This document shows positions 36,859-45,982 of a stretch of 64,000 nt of DNA, piece by piece; position 1 is the stretch's first letter; every line of letters starts with the position of its first letter. Origin of the DNA: Fidelibacterota bacterium. GTDB taxonomy: Bacteria > Fidelibacterota > Marinisomatia > Marinisomatales > UBA1611. The stretch spans positions 9,035 through 73,034 of the forward strand of contig JABIHN010000044.1 in assembly GCA_018649625.1 (NCBI GenBank), read 5' to 3'. A model generated the notes under the pieces. It was given only the letters and a program-made list of their open reading frames with translations, was not told where the DNA came from and did not search any database. A program made the translations under genes and the position numbers.

Positions 36859-37851
36859 TTAAATTGAATAGACCTGCCCTTGTTCGGGAATAACTATATC
36901 GAGTTGCCAATTCTTATTAAGCTCTTTGATTTCTTTGATGATAAGGGCCTTTGCGGAATGATGTTCAATACCACATGCGTTGGGTTCAGGTTTAATATGG
37001 GTAATAAAGATTTTAATTTTTTGTAAAGCAGATAAGCTTGTTTTATTTTTGATGACATTTAATTCTTCAAAGAGCAAGTTTGGTGTGAGGTGGCCAAATA
37101 GATTTTGTTCTTTTCTACAATTAGCAAAAGAGACTTCAATCATAATAGCCGCCAACTGATTTTTCTGAATGTACGGAGTGATTTCACTCCATAAATTTTC
37201 GACAAGATGACTCTCTTCAATAGAGTCGGCACCCATATCACCAAGGTAGATGACAAAACGTTCATCTTTTCCAACTAGCAGAGCGCTGGAATGGTGGCCG
37301 CTGTGAGGGAGGGTAAAAGTTCGGCCGATGAGTCCTGTTTCTCCTAATGGAGTAAAAAAATTATTGGCTGGTGATATAGCAACTGGTGAAAAAAAACCGA
37401 GCTGGAAAAAATCCGCCCAAATCACAGAGTTGAAAATATGATCTTGAATTTCTTTAATAGTTTTCGGGGTACCTATCAATGGAGTTTTGCCTACAAATAA
37501 TAATTCTGGTGAATGAATTATCATTCCCGAAAGATGATCAAGGTGACTGTGAGAAATAAAATAACTGATTATATGGTTTCTTATAAATTCGTTCACTTGA
37601 AATTCAATATTCCCTGCTTCTAAAAAAGAATAGTGATTATTTTGAATGAGCTTTTGAATTCCGGGAGCTAAACTTCCAGCATCTAGAGCTAAAAATTGAG
37701 CTGGATGGTCTTGGTGTTGCAACAGGTAGGATGATAAATTATCGCTGTTGAAACCACCTTCGGCACCAACAACATGGATATTGAACTGTGCCTGGACGAC
37801 TGGGCTCATAATAAGAAACGCCAATATGATGGTAGAGAGAATTTTTTTCAA
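36859..37851 (-). CDS. Class-II 3',5'-cyclic-nucleotide phosphodiesterase (MBL fold) with a signal peptide
   Basis: 'HSHLDHLSGMIIHSP' (nt 37507-37551) fits the class-II PDE signature H-x-H-L-D-H-[LIVM]-x-[GS]-[LIVMA]-[LIVM](2)-x-S-[AP] as I recall it. The N-terminal 'MKKILSTIILAFLIMSPVVQAQ' looks like a cleavable signal. Confidence 0.75.
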   Translation of the reverse strand: MKKILSTIILAFLIMSPVVQAQFNIHVVGAEGGFNSDNLSSYLLQHQDHPAQFLALDAGSLAPGIQKLIQNNHYSFLEAGNIEFQVNEFIRNHIISYFISHSHLDHLSGMIIHSPELLFVGKTPLIGTPKTIKEIQDHIFNSVIWADFFQLGFFSPVAISPANNFFTPLGETGLIGRTFTLPHSGHHSSALLVGKDERFVIYLGDMGADSIEESHLVENLWSEITPYIQKNQLAAIMIEVSFANCRKEQNLFGHLTPNLLFEELNVIKNKTSLSALQKIKIFITHIKPEPNACGIEHHSAKALIIKEIKELNKNWQLDIVIPEQGQVYSI

Positions 37852-37884
37852 GTGGCCCCTAAAAAATAATTTGATTATTACAAC

Positions 37885-38736
37885 TTACCCCAAAACATAT
37901 GTTTTTTTAATTATTTGATCTGTTGCTTCCCAAAGTTTTTTTTGATCTTCTTGTATATAGGAAACTTTCGAACTGGTTGCCACTTTACATTTATCAAAAT
38001 ATTTTCCACTAACACCATCAACGTCTTTCGATGATGCTAAATAAATGCTGGTTTTTGCTCCTTTTACCAAATTAATTGCAAAAATTGTTTTTGCTAAACT
38101 GATGGATGTTTTAGCAAATCCTTTATTATTATCCCCGAACTTCGATTTTACAAATCCAGGATGTAAACAATTAAAACTTACACCAGTGTCCGAATAACGG
38201 CGATGACATTCATAAGTAAACATAATGTTCATCAATTTTGAACGACTATATGCAGTCCACCCCTTGTACTCATTTTCCATTTGAAGATTATTGAAATCTA
38301 TTTTTGCATTCTTATGTGCCATAGATGCAACATTGATTATCCGACCGGGAATATCTTCTTTCACCATCTCTAACAACAATTCAGTAAAATGAAAATATGC
38401 AAGATGATTTAGAGCAAACGTTTTTTCAAACCCTTCATCTGTCATTGTTAGCTTACTTACGTATGCACCAGCATTATTGATTAAAATATCAATCGCAGAA
38501 TAATTTTGCTTAATCTCAACCGACAGTTGTTGAATACTTTTCATATTCGATAAATCAGCACAATGAAAATGAATAGACTCATTTCCTGTTGCTGATATTA
38601 ATTCAGAAACAACTAAGTTACCTTTTTCAGCACTTCTACCCACAAGCACCAAAGAAAACCCTTTTTGTGCCAGAACCAATGCGGTTTGTTTTCCGATGCC
38701 ATCAGTAGCACCCGTGATTAGACAAGTTTTATTCAT
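37885..38736 (-). CDS. SDR family oxidoreductase
   Basis: It has 'TGATDGIGK' (TGxxxGxG), 'NNAG' and 'YSRSK' (YxxxK). Confidence 0.85.
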   Translation of the reverse strand: MNKTCLITGATDGIGKQTALVLAQKGFSLVLVGRSAEKGNLVVSELISATGNESIHFHCADLSNMKSIQQLSVEIKQNYSAIDILINNAGAYVSKLTMTDEGFEKTFALNHLAYFHFTELLLEMVKEDIPGRIINVASMAHKNAKIDFNNLQMENEYKGWTAYSRSKLMNIMFTYECHRRYSDTGVSFNCLHPGFVKSKFGDNNKGFAKTSISLAKTIFAINLVKGAKTSIYLASSKDVDGVSGKYFDKCKVATSSKVSYIQEDQKKLWEATDQIIKKTYVLG

Positions 38737-38740
38737 AAAA

Positions 38741-39277
38741 TTAATACATACTCATAATTCCAAGGATTACTAACAAAAAGTATGGGATTAAATCTGCAGC
38801 TCCCACATAGTCTTTCGCTAACCTTTGCCCGGTAAATAAAAATATAAATGTAATAGCTGACCATACAAATCCATTAAATATCCACAATGTTGTACGCTCT
38901 GCAAAAGAAAAATATATACCATAGACTAACATTAGTCCAGCGGTGAGTTCTAATATTATTAACAATGATAATGATATATCTGTAAAACCCTTCAATGGGG
39001 AATTTGAAAAGTGTGCTGTGAAAAACTTACGATTTCCTTCACGATCCATTATTTTATCAATTGCAGATTGTAAAAATGTAACCGCTAAAAGAATAGCAAT
39101 TAAAATTTGACTCAACACCAATGGCCCTTTGAATTTAACGCCCAATAGCTCTATCCTGTCACCGAAGCGTTCCTCTATGCTCGATGAAGTTGCAGCAGAT
39201 GGCTCCGCAACAAGTGTCGTACTTAAAATAAAAACTGAAAATAAAATTAGTAAAAATTGTTTCATAGATATCCTCAA
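38741..39277 (-). CDS. DoxX-like integral membrane protein
   Basis: A signal/anchor is followed by four hydrophobic helices. The DoxX resemblance is weak. It overlaps plsC by 4 nt. Confidence 0.35.
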   Translation of the reverse strand: MRISMKQFLLILFSVFILSTTLVAEPSAATSSSIEERFGDRIELLGVKFKGPLVLSQILIAILLAVTFLQSAIDKIMDREGNRKFFTAHFSNSPLKGFTDISLSLLIILELTAGLMLVYGIYFSFAERTTLWIFNGFVWSAITFIFLFTGQRLAKDYVGAADLIPYFLLVILGIMSMY

Positions 39278-39996
39278 GGTTGGATTAATTGTTGAATGCG
39301 ATCCCTGACGAGATCCCGAGTTTCTTCAACTGACAAGTTTTTAAATTCTTCTTTTAATATTGGAGAGCCAAATCGAGCAATTAATTTCCCGGGTGTGAGT
39401 CGCCAATCTTTCTTTTTCTTTGCTTTAAAAGCGCCTATAATTCCCACAGGTATTATCGTAGCACCTGTGTTTTTCGCCAAATGAAATGGACCTTTTTTAA
39501 AAGGATTCATTTCACCCGTTAAGGTACGAGTCCCTTCAGGAGCAATTAAAAAAGAGACACCATTATTTAATGCTTCTTCTGCTTTTACTAAGCTATTAAG
39601 TGCTTTTTTTATATCCTTTCGAACAATAGGTATAATTCCATATTGCTTCATTATTGCACCCCAAATTGGGTATTTGAATTGTTCAATCGCACCCACGGCA
39701 GTGATATAATGAGGAATAAATGCAGAAATCATAAATTGATCAAACATGGATTCATGATTAAACATATAAAGATATGGCTGTCCATTCGGATCGGGTGGCT
39801 CATTTTCCTTTACCAACCATTGCCCCGCCAATAAACAATATGTCCATGAAATAGGTCGAATAATAAAGTGTAGAATTTTTCGAGGTAAAATCAAAAATGA
39901 AATAAAAAAGAGCAACATTGTGGATGTAAAAAAGACAAACCAAATTGGCCAAAGTATTAATGAAATAATAGATTTAAACATTCCAACCCTGCGCAT
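39274..39996 (-). CDS. plsC: 1-acyl-sn-glycerol-3-phosphate acyltransferase
   Basis: It has 'NHESMFDQ' (HX4D) and 'APEGTRT' motifs and an N-terminal TM anchor. Confidence 0.8.
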   Translation of the reverse strand: MRRVGMFKSIISLILWPIWFVFFTSTMLLFFISFLILPRKILHFIIRPISWTYCLLAGQWLVKENEPPDPNGQPYLYMFNHESMFDQFMISAFIPHYITAVGAIEQFKYPIWGAIMKQYGIIPIVRKDIKKALNSLVKAEEALNNGVSFLIAPEGTRTLTGEMNPFKKGPFHLAKNTGATIIPVGIIGAFKAKKKKDWRLTPGKLIARFGSPILKEEFKNLSVEETRDLVRDRIQQLIQP

Positions 39997-41038
39997 CTAA
40001 AAGTGTAAATAATTTATGGTTTGCTTTCGGGAATGGAAATGAATCAATTTCTGTTGAGCGAATCCATTTTGAAGGCTGCTGACCCGTAAGTTTTATCCCA
40101 TTTTCTTTACAATGAAATCCGTGAAACGTAATTGAAAAATGAGTATAGACATGTTTTATTGCCCCAATTTTTTTTAGAATTGTTGGTGTGGCGCCACACT
40201 CTTCTTTTATTTCTCGACGTAACGCATCTTCCAATGTTTCACCGTCTTCTACTTTCCCACCGGGAAATTCCCAAAGTCCTGCAAGCATACCGCCTTCTTC
40301 TCTTTTTTGGATATAAAATTTATCATTTCGCCACACAAGTCCAGCAACAACTTCATAATGAGGCGTCTTTTTCTTTTTAATAATTTTCGGGTAGGATTCC
40401 GCTTCACCCATAGAAAATGCTTTACAATTGAAAGAAACTGGGCATTTTCCACAGCCAGGGTTTTTAGGCGAACATATACTAGCACCTAATTCCATTAGAC
40501 TCTGATTAAAATCACCGGGGTTTTCTATTGAAATAATATGACTCAAATATTTATTTATTCGAGACATATTTCTTTTTGTTAAATTTTTAAGACCTAACAT
40601 TCGAGCCATAACTCGTTTGACATTTCCATCAATTACCGGATATGTTTTATTAAAAGCGATAGATAATACGGCAGCGGCAGTATAATCCCCCACACCAGGT
40701 AACGCTCGAAACTCAGTCCAATTATTGGGAATAATTCCTTGATGGTTTTTAACTATTAATTTCGCAGCTTTCTGAAAATTACGACACCTTGAATAATACC
40801 CAAGTCCTTCCCATAACTTTAGACAAGATTCTTCACTTGCGATTGCAACTGAATTAATGGTGGGGAATTTCGAAACCCATTTTTCAAAATATGGAACCAT
40901 TGTAGAAACTTGAGTTTGTTGAAGCATAACCTCTGAAAGCCAAATCAAATATGGATTGTCTATATCACGAAAAGGAAGAATCCTTTTTTCGGTATGATAC
41001 CAATTCAACAAAGACGATGTAGTTTTATTTTGTTGCAT
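39974..41038 (-). CDS. mutY: A/G-specific adenine DNA glycosylase MutY with a C-terminal domain carrying a complete Nudix box
   Basis: It has 'SEVMLQQTQV', HhH-GPD 'LPGVGDYTAAAV', 'VIDGNVKRV' and the Fe-S loop C-x6-C-x2-C-x5-C. The C-terminal domain has 'WEFPGGKVEDGETLEDALRREIKEECGA'. Confidence 0.9.
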   Translation of the reverse strand: MQQNKTTSSLLNWYHTEKRILPFRDIDNPYLIWLSEVMLQQTQVSTMVPYFEKWVSKFPTINSVAIASEESCLKLWEGLGYYSRCRNFQKAAKLIVKNHQGIIPNNWTEFRALPGVGDYTAAAVLSIAFNKTYPVIDGNVKRVMARMLGLKNLTKRNMSRINKYLSHIISIENPGDFNQSLMELGASICSPKNPGCGKCPVSFNCKAFSMGEAESYPKIIKKKKTPHYEVVAGLVWRNDKFYIQKREEGGMLAGLWEFPGGKVEDGETLEDALRREIKEECGATPTILKKIGAIKHVYTHFSITFHGFHCKENGIKLTGQQPSKWIRSTEIDSFPFPKANHKLFTLLDAQGWNV

Positions 41039-41472
41039 TATACAATCTTTTCATCTCTTAAAATCATTTTAGATAAAATCCAATTAAGTGATGACATATA
41101 TTCAATCATTTCATCTCTATCTAAGGGATCCACTTCTTTTTCGATGGCTGAACCTAATTTATTGAATTGGGCCTCTAACTGAGATTGAACTTCATCTCCA
41201 TATTCAGTGAGAGTTACTTGGATGACCCGTTGGTCGTATAATGCAGTCGTTCTCTCCACCCAACCTTTCTTTTCTAAGCCAATAACCAATCGAGTTGCTG
41301 TACTATTATCAATACCAATTTTTTTAGATAAAACAGACATTTCAATCCCATCGTTCGGTATAATAGATAAAGCTAAAATCTGCGGAAAGGACGCGCCTTC
41401 AATAGAAATGTTTTTTCGATAAAAACTTTGTAGGTCAACCAGGAAAGAAGAAAGTATTTCACCATAATTCAT
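41038..41472 (-). CDS. MarR family transcriptional regulator
   Basis: It has a winged-HTH region 'MSVLSKKIGIDNSTATRLVIGLEKKGWVER..DQR' in 144 aa. Its stop overlaps the mutY start (TAATG). Confidence 0.8.
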   Translation of the reverse strand: MNYGEILSSFLVDLQSFYRKNISIEGASFPQILALSIIPNDGIEMSVLSKKIGIDNSTATRLVIGLEKKGWVERTTALYDQRVIQVTLTEYGDEVQSQLEAQFNKLGSAIEKEVDPLDRDEMIEYMSSLNWILSKMILRDEKIV

Positions 41473-41517
41473 ATTTGTAGTTTACAAATAGATTCTAAAT
41501 AATAAAAAGAATTCTAA

Positions 41518-42375
41518 TCACTTAACCTGAGCTATTAAAACTCGATTATCGCCATTATAGTCTTTAACTAATTCTACATGATTATATCTTGATTCAATAA
41601 AAAGATTTTTTACAGAACTTGGATGTTTTCCCAGTCCAACTTCTAAAATAATCCATCCACCGGGTTTCACTAAATCAGTCCCCACATTTTCAAATCTTTT
41701 ATAAAATGTTAATCCATCATCTTCGTCAGTAAGCGCAATCGCAGGTTCAAACTGACCAACATCTTTCATTAAGCCATTCATTTCAATTTTTGGGATATAA
41801 GGAGGGTTTGAAACCAGAAGATCAAATTGAATATTTGGTGTCTCATCCAAAATATTCATTTCTTTAAAAGATGTATTATCTGCCCTCAAACTCTCTTTGT
41901 TTCTATTTGCAATCAATAATGCTTCAGCAGAAATATCAACCCCTAAAACCATAGCGCCTGGAATCTCATTTCCTAAAGTAATAGCAATACACCCTGAACC
42001 AGTGCCAATATCTATTATCGACGGCAAATTAATTTCTTTTAATTTATCAAGAGAAATGTCAATGAGCCGTTCTGTTTCTGGTCTCGGTATTAATACGTCT
42101 TTATTAACCAAAAATTCGCGACCATAAAAATCGCAAGACCCAGTTATATATTGAAGAGGTTCTTTTTCTAAACGTCTCATAACCCAAGCTCGAAGTATTG
42201 ATAATTGAGATTTCGATAGCGGTTCTTCAAATCTTAAATAAACATCAATCCGAGTACAATTTAATAATGACCGAAGTAACCATTCAATCTCACCTCGTGG
42301 ATTTTCAAATCCCTTTTCTTTAAAATAGGATTCTGCCCATTTTATCAGATCTATAATGCGCCAGGTTTTGGGCAT
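41518..42375 (-). CDS. prmC: Release-factor glutamine N5-methyltransferase PrmC (HemK)
   Basis: It has 'DIGTGSGCIA' (SAM motif), 'SNPPYI' (NPPY) and 'EPL.YI.G...F'. It lies downstream of prfA. Confidence 0.9.
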   Translation of the reverse strand: MPKTWRIIDLIKWAESYFKEKGFENPRGEIEWLLRSLLNCTRIDVYLRFEEPLSKSQLSILRAWVMRRLEKEPLQYITGSCDFYGREFLVNKDVLIPRPETERLIDISLDKLKEINLPSIIDIGTGSGCIAITLGNEIPGAMVLGVDISAEALLIANRNKESLRADNTSFKEMNILDETPNIQFDLLVSNPPYIPKIEMNGLMKDVGQFEPAIALTDEDDGLTFYKRFENVGTDLVKPGGWIILEVGLGKHPSSVKNLFIESRYNHVELVKDYNGDNRVLIAQVK

Positions 42376-42430
42376 TAATAAAGATATGAAGTAAAGTTAA
42401 AATATAATAATAAAAAAATAGAAATGGGCA

Positions 42431-43498
42431 TTATTCCATTTCTGCAGCAAGTAATTCCTGCTGCTCAGCCATCTTCAACTGCTCAATAAGCTCCGTAATA
42501 TCACCATCTAATATTTCATTTAATCGGTAAGTAGTAAAATTAATGCGATGGTCGGTAACACGACCTTGAGAAAAGTTATAAGTTCGAATTTTCGCAGATC
42601 GATCTCCTGAAGATACCAAGATTCGTCTTTCTGCTGCTCGTTCAGCTGACGCTTTTTCTTGTTCCGCAGCAAGCATACGTGATTTCAAAACTTTTAATGC
42701 TGCCGCACGATTTTTATGTTGAGATGATTGATCTTGGCAAGTAACAACCAAACCTGTAGGCATGTGCGTTATACGAATTGCAGATTCCGTTTTATTCACA
42801 TGCTGTCCACCAGCACCACTGGCACGATAGGTATCAATTTTTAAATCAACATCTAAAATTTCTACATCCACATCTTCTGCTTCCGGCATAACTGCAACAG
42901 TTGCAGCAGACGTATGAACTCGCCCACTGGTTTCAGTCTTAGGGACACGCTGAACACGGTGAACACCGCTTTCATACTTCAGCATTCCAAAAGCACCTTT
43001 CCCTTGGATAGATATAATGGCTTCTTTCATTCCACCAATACCTGTATCGGATGAATTCATAACCTTAAACGTCCAATTATTCCTTTCAGAATACCGCATG
43101 TAAACTCGAAATAAATCCGCAGCAAATAAAGCCGCTTCATCTCCGCCAGTTCCAGCACGAATTTCTAAAATCAAGTTTTTATTATCCATGGGATCTTTAG
43201 GTAAAAGGAGTACTTTTATTTCTGATTCAATTTTTGTTTTTTGAGTTTGTAGTTCACCTATTTCTTCTTGAGCGATTTCTTTTAATTCGATATCGTCTCC
43301 ATCTATCATTTCCATATCATCTGCGATTTGATCTAATACAGAAATATAGTTTTTCCCAATGCTTACAATTTCTGACAGTGCACTATGTTCAATAGCAATT
43401 GGAGTTAGCTTGCTTTGATCACCATAAATATCAGGATTAGACATTTGCTCAGCCAATTGATCATGTTTAAAAATAATTGCTTCAATTTTTTTTCTCAC
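42431..43498 (-). CDS. prfA: Peptide chain release factor 1
   Basis: It has 'GAGGQHVNKTESA' (GGQ), 'RVQRVPKTE..GR.HTS' (PxT-type anticodon tripeptide) and 'RIRTYNF.Q.RVTDHR'. Confidence 0.95.
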   Translation of the reverse strand: MRKKIEAIIFKHDQLAEQMSNPDIYGDQSKLTPIAIEHSALSEIVSIGKNYISVLDQIADDMEMIDGDDIELKEIAQEEIGELQTQKTKIESEIKVLLLPKDPMDNKNLILEIRAGTGGDEAALFAADLFRVYMRYSERNNWTFKVMNSSDTGIGGMKEAIISIQGKGAFGMLKYESGVHRVQRVPKTETSGRVHTSAATVAVMPEAEDVDVEILDVDLKIDTYRASGAGGQHVNKTESAIRITHMPTGLVVTCQDQSSQHKNRAAALKVLKSRMLAAEQEKASAERAAERRILVSSGDRSAKIRTYNFSQGRVTDHRINFTTYRLNEILDGDITELIEQLKMAEQQELLAAEME

Positions 43499-44424
43499 CC
43501 AATCGCCTCAGCTGTATATTCTTTTCCAAGCATTTCTTCATATTTGTCTCCAAATGCTTCCTGTAAAGCAGTAATAGATACTTCAACCATATCATCTTCC
43601 GGATGCTTAGTTGTTATATTTTGAAGCCATAAACCTGGTTTTTTTAAAATTGAGAAAAATATAGAATTACTTTTTGCGGAAAGTTTAATGAGTTCATATC
43701 CTATGCCCGAAACAAAAGGAATCATAGGCAAATGAAATAAAAGGCGAAGAGGCAAAGAAATGGTGCCTAAAATATATATGACAAAAGTATCCACAACTGC
43801 AAAAACGAGAATAGCAGATAATAAAACAATAAACAAAAAACTCGTTCCACATCTCGGATGTTGAGTTGGAAATGACTGAGCATTCTCGATGGTTACATCT
43901 TTACCTGATTCAAAATTATAAATAACTCTATGTTCTGCGCCATGATATTGAAATAACCGTTTTACATCTTTCAACAATGAAATAGCCAATAAGTACACTA
44001 CAAAAAAAGCGATTCTAAAACTCCCTGATGCTAAATTAAACCACAATGCTTCCTTCTCAATATTCATGAGTTTTGTAGTAATCCACATAGGAGCTATCAT
44101 AAAAAGCGTAACTGCAAGTCCAATCGCAAAAGCCGTAGAAAAGAACTCAGCTATTTTACTTTGCTCGTCTTCCTCCGGCATTGCAATATCAACCGAATAC
44201 TGCAAAGTAGCCATTCCCATTTTCATTGATTCAAATAATGAAGCCATTCCACGCAGAATTGGTTTATTCCAAATATTGGATCGCTCAGTAATAGATTCAA
44301 ATTCTTTTTTTTGGATATGGATTTTCCCTTCAGGATCTCGAACAGCTGTTGCATAAGCCCCTGGGACGCGCATCATTACACCCTCAATAACTGCTTGTCC
44401 ACCCACAAGAATCGAAGGTTTCAT
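43495..44424 (-). CDS. DUF1385 (YqhQ-like) membrane protein
   Basis: It has 'VGGQAVIEGVMMR', 'YHGAEH' and 'HPRCGTSF' motifs. I chose the ATG at 44424 because the ORF-track start at 44493 runs through the rpmE terminator. It overlaps prfA by 4 nt. Confidence 0.75.
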   Translation of the reverse strand: MKPSILVGGQAVIEGVMMRVPGAYATAVRDPEGKIHIQKKEFESITERSNIWNKPILRGMASLFESMKMGMATLQYSVDIAMPEEDEQSKIAEFFSTAFAIGLAVTLFMIAPMWITTKLMNIEKEALWFNLASGSFRIAFFVVYLLAISLLKDVKRLFQYHGAEHRVIYNFESGKDVTIENAQSFPTQHPRCGTSFLFIVLLSAILVFAVVDTFVIYILGTISLPLRLLFHLPMIPFVSGIGYELIKLSAKSNSIFFSILKKPGLWLQNITTKHPEDDMVEVSITALQEAFGDKYEEMLGKEYTAEAIG

Positions 44425-44460
44425 AGTAAGTAATAATAAAAATCGTTTCATTTTATATAA

Positions 44461-44501
44461 AAAAATGGCTCCATAACAGTCAAAACTGTTCATAGAGCCA
44501 T
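44461..44501 (-). terminator. Rho-independent terminator of rpmE
   Basis: The minus-strand RNA has the helix AUGGCUC...AACAGU-uuug-ACUGUU...GAGCCAU (two stacked stems) followed by U5. It lies 16 nt after the rpmE stop. Confidence 0.65.
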
Positions 44502-44516
44502 TAATATTTCAGTCCG

Positions 44517-44765
44517 CTATTTACGATTATATTTACGATTAAATTTTTCGATACGTCCTGCAGTATCTACCAGATTTTGTTTCCCTGTAAAAAACGGATG
44601 AGATTTATTTGAAATCTCAATTTTACAAAATGGATATTCGTTACCGTCTTCCCATTTGACTGTTTCTTTAGTCTCCACCGTGGACCTTGTTAAAAACATA
44701 TGATCACTTGATGTATCTTTAAATACCACCAAACGATAATTATCTGGATGAATTCCTTTTTTCAT
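44517..44765 (-). CDS. rpmE: 50S ribosomal protein L31, type B (no zinc ribbon)
   Basis: It has '[17 protein letters not shown]', 'HPF.TGKQ' and a C-terminal 'RIEKFN.KY'. Only one Cys is present, so there are no CxxC pairs. Confidence 0.9.
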   Translation of the reverse strand: MKKGIHPDNYRLVVFKDTSSDHMFLTRSTVETKETVKWEDGNEYPFCKIEISNKSHPFFTGKQNLVDTAGRIEKFNRKYNRK

Positions 44766-44779
44766 GATTCACTCCTATT

Positions 44780-45982
44780 TTAAGTAATTTTTTGTAGAAC
44801 GGATCTAACTCGTTCAATACCTTGTTGTATGATTTCTGTATTCGTCGCATATGAAAATCGAATATGCCCTGGAGCACCAAAACCATCACCCGGTACTGTA
44901 ACGACGTTTGCAGAGCCCAAAATATACTCAGAAATATCAAAAGTATCTTTTAATATTTTTCCATCAACTTCTTTTTTTAAATAAGCACTAAAGTCTGGAA
45001 AGACATAAAATGCACCACCTGGTACTGCACAGGTAACCCCAGGCAAATCATTAAGCATTTTTACGATAAAATCGCGTCTTTCTCTAAAGACTATCTTCAT
45101 TTCATCTACACATGATTGGTCGCCCATGAGTGCTTCAATCCCTGCTTTTTGGCCAATTGAATTCGCACAAGATGTTGCCTGACCTTGAATTTTGGACATT
45201 GCTTTGATAATTTTACGTGGTCCAGCAGCATATCCAATTCGCCATCCCGTCATTGCATATGTTTTTGATAGGCTTAAACACGTTATAACATTTGCCCCTA
45301 TATTATATTGACGGTTTAATTTTTCTGTACTGATAAATTCACCATCATAAACAAGTCGCTCATAACATTCATCTGAAATGACAACCCAATTATTTTCTTT
45401 TGCAATACGTAGCAATTTTAAAATTGCACCTTCTCTCCAAATTCCTCCCGTAGGGTTCGATGGAGAATTCATTATAACGCCCTTGATATTTGGTGTTATT
45501 TTATGAGCTAAATCTTCAAAATTTGGTTCAAAATTATTTTCTGCTACGGTATCAACTAAAATCGGCTCAGCATCTGCCAAACGCACAAATTCTGGAAACG
45601 AAACCCAGTATGGACGAAATACAGCGACTTCATCCCCTTCGTTAAATAACGCCTGACAAACATTATAAAGGCTCTGTTTTTCACCATTGGAAACTAAAAT
45701 ATCTCCGACTTCATAAGAGATACCATTTTCTCGTTCAAGCTTTTCACATATTGCTTGACGGAATTCAATCATTCCTGGTCCTGCAGTATATTTTGTAAAA
45801 CCATCATCCATTGCTTTTTTGCCAGCATCGATAATATGGGAAGGCGTATTAAAATCGGGTTCTCCCACAGAAAAATTGATTACATCAATTCCTTCAGCTC
45901 TCATTTCTGCAGCTCGGGTAGCCATTTGTAGTGTAAAAGACGGCTGGACCTTATGAACTCGATCCGCAAGTTTATAACTCAA
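44780..45982 (-). CDS. Class I pyridoxal-phosphate-dependent aminotransferase (aspartate aminotransferase-like)
   Basis: It has 'GEPDFNTP', 'NSPSNPTG' and 'SLSKTYAMTGWRIGY' (PLP Lys). Homology to the family N-terminus requires the TTG start at 45982. Confidence 0.85.
   Translation of the reverse strand: MSYKLADRVHKVQPSFTLQMATRAAEMRAEGIDVINFSVGEPDFNTPSHIIDAGKKAMDDGFTKYTAGPGMIEFRQAICEKLERENGISYEVGDILVSNGEKQSLYNVCQALFNEGDEVAVFRPYWVSFPEFVRLADAEPILVDTVAENNFEPNFEDLAHKITPNIKGVIMNSPSNPTGGIWREGAILKLLRIAKENNWVVISDECYERLVYDGEFISTEKLNRQYNIGANVITCLSLSKTYAMTGWRIGYAAGPRKIIKAMSKIQGQATSCANSIGQKAGIEALMGDQSCVDEMKIVFRERRDFIVKMLNDLPGVTCAVPGGAFYVFPDFSAYLKKEVDGKILKDTFDISEYILGSANVVTVPGDGFGAPGHIRFSYATNTEIIQQGIERVRSVLQKIT

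Noticed and set aside
42431-43498. The RF1 tripeptide anticodon reads P-K-T rather than the P-A-T or P-V-T I remember from E. coli and Thermus. I considered whether this hints at altered stop-codon recognition.
   Set aside because: The motif is defined as PxT with a variable middle residue. All ORFs in the window terminate normally under the standard code with TAA, TAG and TGA all in use.
44740-44940. A 66-aa minus-strand ORF spanning the rpmE start and the aminotransferase 3' end.
   Set aside because: It is out of frame with two well-supported genes and has no independent signals.
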